From the NCBI GenBank assembly GCA_036229005.1, contig JAZAMN010000052.1, positions 352,001-416,000 on the forward strand: a stretch of DNA of 64,000 bases. Direction: 5' to 3'. Source of the stretch: Myxococcota bacterium (GTDB lineage: Bacteria; Myxococcota_A; UBA796; CAJQPC01). This document shows positions 37,786 through 46,573 of this stretch, piece after piece. The notes under the pieces were generated by a model. That model did not search any database, was not told where the DNA came from, and worked only from the letters and a program-made list of their open reading frames with translations. A program made the translations under genes and the position numbers. How positions within the stretch are numbered: the stretch's first letter is position 1; every line of letters begins with the position of its first letter.

Positions 37786-38657
37786 GCCGAGGCCAGCTCG
37801 GACAGCCGCGCGGCCCACTCCAGCGCCCGCAGCGCCTGGGTCCCGGAGACGGGGAAGGCGCCCTGGCCCCGGAGCGCGCGCAGGAAGGCGGCGTGGATGG
37901 CCCCCAAGGCGTCGCCATCGGGGATGGGCAGGGACTCGGCGGCCTCGGGGGGCGCACCGATGGGCAGGCGCTCGACGCGCGGGTTGCGCAGATCCAGGCT
38001 GTAGTAGTGGGCGTCGTCGACCAGGCGTAGGCGCCGCTGAGGGGCCCGGCTGGCTCTGGACGCGGAGAGGCTGGCGGTGCACGGGCCACTCGGAGTCTCG
38101 AGCTCGACCCAGGCCTGGACGGCGTCGACGCCCGAGGTGTGCACCGGGATCCCCACCGCGCGCATCAGGCTGGGGGTGGCTTGGGGCTGCAGCGCGCCGA
38201 GCAGATCCAGGTCGTGCACCATCAAATCCATGCACACGTCGATGCGGGCGCTGCGTCCGGTGAAGGGCCCCAGGCGCTCGGCGTGGACGTAGCGGGGCCG
38301 GAGCCCGGCGGGGAGCGCGCGCACGGCGGGGTTGAAGCGCTCGATGTGGTTGACGCTCAGGTGCTCGAAGGCCGCCAGGGCTCGGGCTTGAGCGAGGTCG
38401 GGAGAGAGGGGCTTCTCCACCAGACAGGGCAGGCCCACCGTCAGCAGCGGCAGGGCCAGCTCCGCGTGGGTATGGGCTGGGGTCGCGACGACGAGGCCAT
38501 CGAGCGCCGGCAGCGCCTTCACCTCCGGCAGGTGCGCGGGGACGCCCGCAGGGTCCAGCACGGCCACCAGGTCGACGCCCGGGGTCTTCTGCAGGCGCTC
38601 GGCGTGCAGGCGGCCCATGCGGCCACAGCCCAGCACCCCCAGGCGCAGCGGGGTCAA
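37782..38657 (-). CDS. gnnA: Gfo/Idh/MocA oxidoreductase, probable UDP-GlcNAc 3-dehydrogenase (GnnA-like)
   Basis: GCGRMG, VEKP, HIERFNP, DLMVHD; lies between lpxA and lpxB. Confidence 0.75.
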   Translation of the reverse strand: MTPLRLGVLGCGRMGRLHAERLQKTPGVDLVAVLDPAGVPAHLPEVKALPALDGLVVATPAHTHAELALPLLTVGLPCLVEKPLSPDLAQARALAAFEHLSVNHIERFNPAVRALPAGLRPRYVHAERLGPFTGRSARIDVCMDLMVHDLDLLGALQPQATPSLMRAVGIPVHTSGVDAVQAWVELETPSGPCTASLSASRASRAPQRRLRLVDDAHYYSLDLRNPRVERLPIGAPPEAAESLPIPDGDALGAIHAAFLRALRGQGAFPVSGTQALRALEWAARLSELASA

Positions 38658-39448
38658 CGCCCTTCCGGGTCCGCGCTGGCCCGACAGACGCCGCGCTGGG
38701 ACTCCTCGATGAAGCGGACGATCTCCAGGATCTCGCTGTGCTCGGGGTTCTCGGTCGCCAGGCGCTCGGCGGCCATGCGCAGCGGGGTGCTGCTGCGGAA
38801 GAGCTCGCGGTAGGCGGCGCGCAGCTCCTTGAGCAGGTCGGCCCCCATGCCCGCGCGGCGCAGGCCGATGACGTTCAGGCCAAACAGGCGCGCCCGGTCG
38901 CCCTGGGCCATGCAGAAGGGCGGGACATCCAGCGAGACCATCGCGCCGGCGCCGACCATGGCGTAGCGCCCGATGCGCGCGTGCTGGTGCACCCCGGCCA
39001 GGCCGCCAAGCACCGCGCCATCGCCCACCTGGACGTGCCCGCCCAGAGCCACGGAGTTGGCCAGCACGCAGTTGTCGCCGACCACGCAGTCGTGGCCCAC
39101 GTGGCTGTTGGCCATGAACAGGTTGCCGCTGCCGATGCGGGTGACGCCGCCGCCCTTGGCGGTGCCGCGGTTCAGGGTCACGTACTCGCGGATGATGTTG
39201 TCGCGGCCCAGGATGAGGCTGGACGCCTCGCCGTCGTACTTGAGGTCCTGGGGGTCGCCGCCGACCACGGCGTGCGGGTGGATGACCGTTCCGCCGCCCA
39301 CGCTGAGGGTCCCCTGGAGCACCGCGTGGGAGCCGACCCTGACGCCGTCCTCGAGGGTCACGCCCGCACCGATCACGGCGAAGGGGCCGACCTCCACATC
39401 GCCGAGCTCGGCAGCAGGGTCGACGACGGCGGTGGCGTGAATGGCCAT
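38654..39448 (-). CDS. lpxA: Acyl-ACP--UDP-GlcNAc O-acyltransferase
   Basis: Hexapeptide repeats, PQDLKY, IREYVT, HVGHDC, DVPPF, GLNVIGLRR. Confidence 0.96.
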   Translation of the reverse strand: MAIHATAVVDPAAELGDVEVGPFAVIGAGVTLEDGVRVGSHAVLQGTLSVGGGTVIHPHAVVGGDPQDLKYDGEASSLILGRDNIIREYVTLNRGTAKGGGVTRIGSGNLFMANSHVGHDCVVGDNCVLANSVALGGHVQVGDGAVLGGLAGVHQHARIGRYAMVGAGAMVSLDVPPFCMAQGDRARLFGLNVIGLRRAGMGADLLKELRAAYRELFRSSTPLRMAAERLATENPEHSEILEIVRFIEESQRGVCRASADPEGR

Positions 39449-39506
39449 GGGGCGCTCCGGGGCTTGGGCTGGACCGGGGGTCGGGCGGATCGGGGGTTCG
39501 GAGAGA

Positions 39507-40481
39507 CTAGTGCGCAGGAGGCGGGGGGGCAAGCACAGGCACACGGCGGCCGGTGCTCAGGTCCACCAGCAGCGGGGGCCAGGCGGCCAACGCCACTTGT
39601 TGGGGGCCGATCTGCACGATGGGGCGGTGCGCGCTGATGGGGCGTTGCTGGCGGCGCCCCAGAGGCAGCTCGATCAGCTCGGGGCGCTCCTGGCCCGGCC
39701 TGCAGATGGCGAGCCCCTGCCAGGTCTCGGCCACAATGACCTCGCCGATGCGCAGGATGCAGGGTGCGTTGGGGATATTCCCCGAGAGGCTCCAGGAGGT
39801 GGAGGAGAGGTGATCGAGGGCCCTGTAGCTCCTCTTCTCAACCCCCAGGCTGCAGTCCGGCCCCACCCCCAGGAGCTGTGCGTGCCAGCGAGGAAGGGGC
39901 TCCATGTCCTCAAGCTCCAGGTCCCAGCTCTGGCCCTGGCGCTCCCGGATCACGACAATGCGCTCCCCAAAGAGCGCCCCGCCGCGGATTGGGGGGCCGT
40001 CGGCGCCCAGGGTGATGTTGGGCTCCTGGGGGTCGAGCCAGAACAGGGTGCGGGACTCGTGATCGATGCCCATCAGGCGGCCTTGATGCAGCCAGGTGTC
40101 CAGCTCGGGGCTGGGGTCCAGCTCGGGCAGCGCGTGGTGACCGCCCTCGCCCTCCAGCCAGAGGCGCTGCCAACCCAGGATGGCCAGCCGCTCCCCCAGC
40201 GAGACGGGCAGCCCGGCCTGACCGGACTCCCAGAGGACCTGACCGTCGCTGACGCTGCGGCAGACGCCGTGGCCATCCAGCAGGCGATCTCCCTGGACGG
40301 CGATGCGGGGGCCGGCCGCCTGAACATCCCACAGCAGGTCCCCGCTCTCGGTGGACCAAGCCGCGAGGCGACCGCTGGGCAGCAGCGCGAACACGCGACC
40401 GTCCTGGGCGAGCACCTGCACGGGCTGAGGGGGCGGCGGGTGCTCGTCCTTTCCGGAGAAGATCCTGGCCAGCAGGCCCAT
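39507..40481 (-). CDS. Hypothetical protein with PQQ-like beta-propeller repeats
   Basis: DGRVFA..GRLAAW...GDLLW and DGQVLW repeats; ATG overlaps the fabZ stop. Confidence 0.65.
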   Translation of the reverse strand: MGLLARIFSGKDEHPPPPQPVQVLAQDGRVFALLPSGRLAAWSTESGDLLWDVQAAGPRIAVQGDRLLDGHGVCRSVSDGQVLWESGQAGLPVSLGERLAILGWQRLWLEGEGGHHALPELDPSPELDTWLHQGRLMGIDHESRTLFWLDPQEPNITLGADGPPIRGGALFGERIVVIRERQGQSWDLELEDMEPLPRWHAQLLGVGPDCSLGVEKRSYRALDHLSSTSWSLSGNIPNAPCILRIGEVIVAETWQGLAICRPGQERPELIELPLGRRQQRPISAHRPIVQIGPQQVALAAWPPLLVDLSTGRRVPVLAPPPPAH

Positions 40482-40909
40482 CAGATGGCGCCGACGGTCG
40501 CGGTGAGGCGCCCCTCGGCCACCTTCTCCCCGTCCACGGTGGCGTGGCACTCAAAGCGCCAGATGTCCCGGCGCTTGGCCTCCACCGCGACGTGCAGCTC
40601 CAGCACATCACCGGGCCGCACGGGCTTGCGGAAGCGCACCTTGTCGAGGCCGACCAGGGCCACCCCCTCCTCGGCGCGCTCGGGGTGGGCGGACAGGGCG
40701 ACCACACCGGCGACCTGGGCGAAGGCCTCGGTGAGCAGCACCCCCGGCAGGATGGGGGTCTCGGGGAAATGCCCCTGAAAGAAGGGCTCGTTGACGCTCA
40801 CGCACTTGCGGGCGATGGCGCGCTCCCCGGGCTCGATCTCCAGGATGCGGTCGATGAGCAGGAAGGGGTAGCGGTGCGGCAGCAGGGCCAGGATCTCTTG
40901 GATGTCCAT
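40481..40909 (-). CDS. fabZ: 3-hydroxyacyl-ACP dehydratase
   Basis: LPHRYPFLLIDR, NEPFFQGHFP, PGVLLTEAFAQ, FRKPVRPGD. Confidence 0.97.
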   Translation of the reverse strand: MDIQEILALLPHRYPFLLIDRILEIEPGERAIARKCVSVNEPFFQGHFPETPILPGVLLTEAFAQVAGVVALSAHPERAEEGVALVGLDKVRFRKPVRPGDVLELHVAVEAKRRDIWRFECHATVDGEKVAEGRLTATVGAI

Positions 40910-40930
40910 GACGGGGCTCCAGGGGCGGCC

Positions 40931-41968
40931 TCAGCCGTCCTCGGGTGGGGTCAGCTTGTCCATCTGGGCCTGGAGCTGGCGGAGCTGCCGCTCGAGCTCG
41001 TGGACCCGCTGGGAGGCGCGCGAGGCGCGCAGCCAACTCTGGTGTTTGTGGGCGGGCACACCGGCCAGACGCTCGCCCGGCTCGGTGCTCCGCGTGAGCA
41101 TGCTGTGGGCCGCCAGGATGGTCCCGTCGGCGATGTTGATGTGCCCGAGCACGGTGCTGCGGGCGGCGAGCGTCACGCCTGCACCGAGGGTGGAGGAGCC
41201 GGCAATCCCAGCGTAGGCCACCAGCACGTTGTGGGGCCCCAAGGTCGCGGCGTGGCCGACCTGGACCAGGTTGTCGAGCTTGCTCCCCTGCCCGACCCGG
41301 GTCTCCCCCATGGCGGCCCGGTCCACGCAGCTATTGGCGCCGATCTCGACGTCGGACTCCACGACGGCGCGGCCCACCTGCGGGATCTTGAGGAGCCCCC
41401 GGGCGGTGGGGGCGAACCCGAAGCCCTCCGCCCCGACCACGGCGCCAGGGTTGAGCCAGACGCGGTCCCCCAGCACGCAGTCCTCCATCACCACCGCGTT
41501 GGGCATCAGGCGGCAGCGGCTCCCGAGCCTGGCCCCGGCGCCCACGTAGGCGCCCGCTTGGATCCAGCACTCTGGCCCCACGACGGCGCCGGACTCGATG
41601 ACGGCGAAGGCCTCCACCCGGCAGCCCTCTCCCAGGGTGGCGCTGGGGTCGATGGCCGCTCGCCCGTCCAGTCCCGGTGCACCCCAGCGAGGCGGGTGGA
41701 AGAGCGCGGTGGCCCTGGCGAACGCGGCGTAGGGGTCGGCGACGCGGATGATGACGCCGTCAAAGGCCACCCCCGGACGCAACAACACCGCCCCTGCGCT
41801 GCTGTCAGCGAGGTGGCGGTGGTAGCGGGGGTTGGCCAGGAAGGCGAGCTCAGACGCGCCCGCGCTCTGCAGCGGTGCGACCCCATCAAGCTCGAGCTCG
41901 GGGTCACCTTCGAGCGTTCCGCCCAGGGCCTGAGCGAGCGCGCCCGCCTTCCAGGAGCGTGCGCTCAC
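40931..41968 (-). CDS. lpxD: UDP-3-O-acylglucosamine N-acyltransferase
   Basis: AFLANPRY, GFGF, KIPQVG, EIGAN, KLDNLVQVGH. Confidence 0.96.
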   Translation of the reverse strand: MSARSWKAGALAQALGGTLEGDPELELDGVAPLQSAGASELAFLANPRYHRHLADSSAGAVLLRPGVAFDGVIIRVADPYAAFARATALFHPPRWGAPGLDGRAAIDPSATLGEGCRVEAFAVIESGAVVGPECWIQAGAYVGAGARLGSRCRLMPNAVVMEDCVLGDRVWLNPGAVVGAEGFGFAPTARGLLKIPQVGRAVVESDVEIGANSCVDRAAMGETRVGQGSKLDNLVQVGHAATLGPHNVLVAYAGIAGSSTLGAGVTLAARSTVLGHINIADGTILAAHSMLTRSTEPGERLAGVPAHKHQSWLRASRASQRVHELERQLRQLQAQMDKLTPPEDG

Positions 41969-42486
41969 TGCCCGGGGTGGTCCCGGTTGTAGCGGGCGAT
42001 CACTGCGTCGGTCATGTCGGTGCCCGACTGGTAGAGCACGATGCCCTGGCTGGACTCCAGGATCAGGTCGTAGCCCTGCTCCTTGCCCAGGGTCTCCGCG
42101 GTGGCGCGCAGGCCCGTCATGAGCTGCTCCATGGCGGAGTAGTAGGCGCCCTGCATCTCCCAGTCGGCCTTGGCGACGGCCTGCTGGTAGTTGATCTGCA
42201 TCTCGTAGAGGCGCTGCTCGTACTGCTTCTTGGCCTCCTCCGAGATCATGGGCTCCTTCTGCTGGTACTCGGTGACCAGAGCGTTGTACTCGGCCTCCAT
42301 CTGCTCCAGCTTGGCCTTCTCACCGGCGTACATGGTGTCCAGGCGGGCCTGGGCCTTCTTGCCCTCCTCGATCTCCTGGATGGCCCGGCCGTAGTCGACG
42401 ACGCCGAGCTTGAAGTCCGAGGCGTTGGCCGCGGGCGCCCAGAAGGTGACCGCGAGGAGGAGCAGGGAGAGGATGCGCGAGAACAT
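41965..42486 (-). CDS. skp: OmpH/Skp periplasmic chaperone
   Basis: Signal peptide, KLGVVD, helical body, GYDLIL...DMTDAVI. Confidence 0.92.
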   Translation of the reverse strand: MFSRILSLLLLAVTFWAPAANASDFKLGVVDYGRAIQEIEEGKKAQARLDTMYAGEKAKLEQMEAEYNALVTEYQQKEPMISEEAKKQYEQRLYEMQINYQQAVAKADWEMQGAYYSAMEQLMTGLRATAETLGKEQGYDLILESSQGIVLYQSGTDMTDAVIARYNRDHPGQ

Positions 42487-42664
42487 TGGGGCCTCGGTGA
42501 GAGTGTGACGACGGCTGTCCCTTCGCCAGGAGGCCTGCATCTATTGCAGGGGCCGCTCCCTGACCAGCACAGGACGCTCGCTCCCTTGAACCCCCCAGCC
42601 CCAGGCCCCTTCCCCGCAGCGCTCCGGGCTTGTTGTCGAGCAGCCAGGGCAATAGGCCCAGGGC

Positions 42665-43774
42665 GTGTTCACATCCTTGCTCCTGGTCCTCGCTGGCTTC
42701 GCCGCCCTCTACCAAGGGGGCAACGCGCTCCTCGCGGGAGCCTCCGGGATCGCCCGACACTTCGGGCTCCCGCCCCTGCTTGTGGGCCTCACGGTCGTCG
42801 CCTTCGCCACCTCCGCCCCCGAGCTCGCCGTCTCGGTGCTCGCGGCCTTCAAGGGCAACCCCGACATCGCCGTCGGCAACGTGCTGGGCTCGAACATCTT
42901 CAACACCCTGGTCGCCGTGGGCGTGGTCGTGGCCATCGCCCCCCTGACCCTGCCGCGCAGCCTGATGCGCTGGGAGATCCCGCTGGGATTTGGGGCCACG
43001 GTCCTGGTCGGCATTCTCGCCTGGATCGGGGGCGGGATCGCCCGCTGGGAGGGGGTCCTGCTCCTGGCGCTGCTGGGCGTCATCCTGACCATCACCGTGC
43101 GCCGGGCGCTCCGAGCCAACGTCGACGCAGATCCAGAGGCCGAGGAGGGTGACGGCGCAGAGCTCGATGCGGTCCCGGCCGCATTGGTCATGGGCGCTGG
43201 CGCTGGGGCTGCGTTGCTGGATCTGGCGAGCATCTCCCTGGTGGACATCGCTGTCCCGGGCGCGGCCTTCCTGACGCTCTTGAATGCTCGCCTGCACGTG
43301 AAGCGGACCACACTGCCCATCCGGGGCCTGGCCATCGTGTTCGGCCTGGCCATGCTCGTTCTGGGCTCGGATGCCCTCGTCCGGGGCGCGACCGACATCG
43401 CCTTGTCCGTGGGCATCTCGGAGGCGGTGGTGGGCCTGACAGTCGTGGCCATCGGGACCTCGGCTCCTGAGCTGGCGACCGCTGTGATGGCGGCCAGGAA
43501 GGGACAGACGGACCTTGCCCTGGGCAACGCTCTGGGGTCCAACCTCTTCAACTTGCTGGCCGTCCTCGGAGCGGCTGCTGCCATCTTCCCGATCGAGGTC
43601 GCCCCGGCGTTTCTCCAGCGGGATCTCCCCGTCGCGCTGGGGGCAAGCGGCCTCCTCCTGCTCCCCTGGCTCACCAAGGGAAGGGTCGCCCGCTGGGTCG
43701 GGATCGCAATGTTGGGGGGCTGGCTGGCATACACAAGCTTCCTTGTGGCGCAAGCGCTGGGCGCGTTCGCTTGA
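42665..43774 (+). CDS. Ca2+/Na+ antiporter (YrbG/CaCA family)
   Basis: Two alpha repeats: ATSAPEL...GNVLGSNIFN and GTSAPEL...GNALGSNLFN. Confidence 0.93.
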   Translation: MFTSLLLVLAGFAALYQGGNALLAGASGIARHFGLPPLLVGLTVVAFATSAPELAVSVLAAFKGNPDIAVGNVLGSNIFNTLVAVGVVVAIAPLTLPRSLMRWEIPLGFGATVLVGILAWIGGGIARWEGVLLLALLGVILTITVRRALRANVDADPEAEEGDGAELDAVPAALVMGAGAGAALLDLASISLVDIAVPGAAFLTLLNARLHVKRTTLPIRGLAIVFGLAMLVLGSDALVRGATDIALSVGISEAVVGLTVVAIGTSAPELATAVMAARKGQTDLALGNALGSNLFNLLAVLGAAAAIFPIEVAPAFLQRDLPVALGASGLLLLPWLTKGRVARWVGIAMLGGWLAYTSFLVAQALGAFA

Positions 43775-43853
43775 CCACAGGGCAGGATCCTGCTCTTCTT
43801 GCACGAATTCCTGACACGCCCCCCCTCCCGCGGTGTCCGCGGCTGGAGTCCTG

Positions 43854-46427
43854 ATGCGCCCTTGGATCCCCTCGCTGTTCCTCTTTGCCTTGATCGCCTG
43901 CGACAAGGACCAGCCAGTAGACACCGGCGAGCCAGTCATCGTGACCGACGAGGATGGGGATGGTCACGACGCCCAGGTGCACGGCGGAGACGACTGTGAT
44001 GACAGCAACGCCGCTGTCTTCCCGGGCGCTGACGAGGTCTGTGATGGCATCGACAACAACTGCGATGGCAGCACCGACGGCGAGGACAGCAGCGACGCGT
44101 TGACCTTCTACGCGGACAGCGACGGGGACGGCTACGGCGTGGAGACCGACACCGTGCTGGCCTGTGCGGAGCCCAGCGGGTACGCGAGCCTGGCTGGGGA
44201 CTGCGACGACAGCGAGGGGGCCGCCTTCCCGGGCAACGATGAGGTCTGCGACAGCATCGACAACAACTGCAACGCGCAGGTGGACGAGCCCACCGCGGTC
44301 GACGCCCCCACCTGGTACACCGACAACGATCAGGACGGCTACGGCGACCCGAACTACAGCACCGCGTCCTGCACCCAGCCCAGCGGCTACGTCGACAACG
44401 CGCTGGACTGCGACGACGTGTTCGACAGCATCAACCCCGACGCCGAAGAGTACTGCGACGGCATCGACAACAACTGCGACACCGTGGTCGACGAGGACAC
44501 CTCGGTCGACGCGCCCGTCTGGTACATCGACAACGACAGCGACGGCTACGGCAGCGGCGATTCCACCGCGATCGCCTGCTCACAGCCCAGCGGCTACGCG
44601 GGCACCGCCGACGACTGCGATGACAGCGACGCCTCCGTGAGCCCGGCTGGCCTCGAGGTCTGCGGCGACGGGGTCGACAACGACTGCAGCGGCGACGCGG
44701 ACGGCAGCGACGCGAGCGACGCCATCGTGCAGTACGCGGACGGGGACGGCGACGGCTACGGTGACGACACCACCGCCACGACCGGCTGTGATTTCGCCGC
44801 GGGCACCACCTGGGTGAGCGTCGGCGGGGACTGCGATGACGCGGCCTCGGGCGTCAACCCCGGCGCTCTGGAGGTCTGCGACGGCAGCGTCGACGAGAAC
44901 TGCGATGGCAGCATCGACGAGGCGACCGCATCCGACGCGGCGACCTGGTACCTGGACTCCGACAGCGACGGCTACGGGGACGCCAGCAACACGACCCCCG
45001 CCTGCTCCCAGCCCAGCGGCTACGTCGCCGACAGCAGCGACTGCGATGACAGCTCGGGCGACATCTCTCCCGCCGCCGAGGAGGTGTGCGAGAACAGCAC
45101 CGACGACGACTGCGATGGCGTGCTGGACGAGTGCGCGATCCAGGACGACCTGAGCATGGCCGACGCCGAAGCCGTCTACTCCGGCTCCGCGAACTACGAC
45201 TACGCGGGCGCGGCCGTGGCTCTGGCCGACTGGGATGGCGACGGCAACGCCGAGATCTTCGTGGGCGCCAACTACAACGACGACGGTGCGGCCAACTCGG
45301 GCGCCGTGTTCATGTGGTACGGGCCGAGCTCCGGCAGCGCCACGGGCAGCGCGGCCGACCTGGAGTTCATGGGCGACAGCAGCGCCTCTCGCACTGGCGA
45401 GGCCATCGCCATGCTGGCCGACCAGGACCTGGACGGCTTCGGAGAGCTCGCGATCGGCGCCCCTGGCTACGACGACCTGGACGCTGACGCCGGCGCCGTT
45501 TACCTGGTCACCGGCCAGGTCACTGCGGACATGGACCTGGCCGACGCCATCATGCTCGCGGGCAGCTACGCCCAGGGCAACTTCGGCGTCTCCCTGTCCG
45601 TGGGCGACGTGGACAACGACGGCTACGACGACCTGATGGTTGGCGCGCCCAGCTACAGCTACGGCTACGCCTACGTCTTCCATGGCCCCATCACCTCGGA
45701 CGCATTCGACTCCGACGCCGGGACCACCATCACCGGGGCCGTCTACGGCGACACCCTGGGCACCGCCGTGAGCACCGGCGGTGACGTCGACGGCGACGGC
45801 ATCCACGACATGCTGGTCGGCGCCCCCTCGGCGGACAGTGACGCCGGCGCGGCCTACCTCTTCTACGGCAGCAGCACCAGCAGCGCCGCAGACGTGACCT
45901 TCAGCGGGGCCGCTGGAGACAAGGCGGGGTCGGCCCTCTCCGTGCTCGGCGACCTGAACAGCGACGGCTACAGCGACATGGTCATCGGCGCACCGTCCAG
46001 CACCAACGGCACCGCTTACGTGGTGTTTGGCCCCATCACCAGCGACGTGGACCTGTCCACCGCGGCCGACATGACCTTCACCGGCGATGCCAGCGGTGAC
46101 CAGGCCGGCGCCGCCTTCAACCTCGCGGACTTCGACGGGGACGGCGACCACGACCTGGTCGTCGGCGCGCCCTACACGGACACCAGCAACAGCAACTCCG
46201 GCACCGCCTACCTGTTCTACGGCCCCTTCACCGCGGGCACGGTCGCGGTCACCAGCTCAGACGCGGCCTTCACCGGTACCAGCAGCAACGCCCACGCCGG
46301 CGAGTCCCTGGCCTCCGGCGACAGCGACGGCGACGGCTACGACGACCTGCTCATCGGCGCGAGCCGCGAGACCATCTCCTACAGGATCGAGGGCGCCGCC
46401 AGCCTGCTCATGGGCGACCAGCGCTGA
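43854..46427 (+). CDS. Surface lipoprotein with 6 MopE-related repeats and a 7-bladed FG-GAP (integrin alpha-like) propeller
   Basis: LIAC lipobox; six DxDxDG..DCDD..C(D)GxDxxCD units; seven DxDGDGxxDLxxGAP units. Confidence 0.92.
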   Translation: MRPWIPSLFLFALIACDKDQPVDTGEPVIVTDEDGDGHDAQVHGGDDCDDSNAAVFPGADEVCDGIDNNCDGSTDGEDSSDALTFYADSDGDGYGVETDTVLACAEPSGYASLAGDCDDSEGAAFPGNDEVCDSIDNNCNAQVDEPTAVDAPTWYTDNDQDGYGDPNYSTASCTQPSGYVDNALDCDDVFDSINPDAEEYCDGIDNNCDTVVDEDTSVDAPVWYIDNDSDGYGSGDSTAIACSQPSGYAGTADDCDDSDASVSPAGLEVCGDGVDNDCSGDADGSDASDAIVQYADGDGDGYGDDTTATTGCDFAAGTTWVSVGGDCDDAASGVNPGALEVCDGSVDENCDGSIDEATASDAATWYLDSDSDGYGDASNTTPACSQPSGYVADSSDCDDSSGDISPAAEEVCENSTDDDCDGVLDECAIQDDLSMADAEAVYSGSANYDYAGAAVALADWDGDGNAEIFVGANYNDDGAANSGAVFMWYGPSSGSATGSAADLEFMGDSSASRTGEAIAMLADQDLDGFGELAIGAPGYDDLDADAGAVYLVTGQVTADMDLADAIMLAGSYAQGNFGVSLSVGDVDNDGYDDLMVGAPSYSYGYAYVFHGPITSDAFDSDAGTTITGAVYGDTLGTAVSTGGDVDGDGIHDMLVGAPSADSDAGAAYLFYGSSTSSAADVTFSGAAGDKAGSALSVLGDLNSDGYSDMVIGAPSSTNGTAYVVFGPITSDVDLSTAADMTFTGDASGDQAGAAFNLADFDGDGDHDLVVGAPYTDTSNSNSGTAYLFYGPFTAGTVAVTSSDAAFTGTSSNAHAGESLASGDSDGDGYDDLLIGASRETISYRIEGAASLLMGDQR

Positions 46428-46452
46428 GTCCCCTCCCCCCTCGGCTCACCTG

Positions 46453-46483
46453 AGACCCGCGCCGGTGCATCCGGTGCGGGTCT
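46453..46483. terminator. Hairpin terminator between convergent genes
   Basis: AGACCCGCGCCGG-TGCAT-CCGGTGCGGGTCT, nested in an outer GGCTCACC/GGTGAGCC inverted repeat. Confidence 0.7.
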
Positions 46484-46573
46484 TCTGCTCTGTGGTGAGC
46501 CCCAGATGCGGGGCAGCCTCGGATCTCCTCGACCCCGAGCTGCACGGAACGGGCGCGACAAGCGCCCGAGCAT

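Noticed and set aside
43940..45130. DNA-level repeat array or mobile element
   Set aside because: The repeats are degenerate in-frame protein repeats within one CDS.
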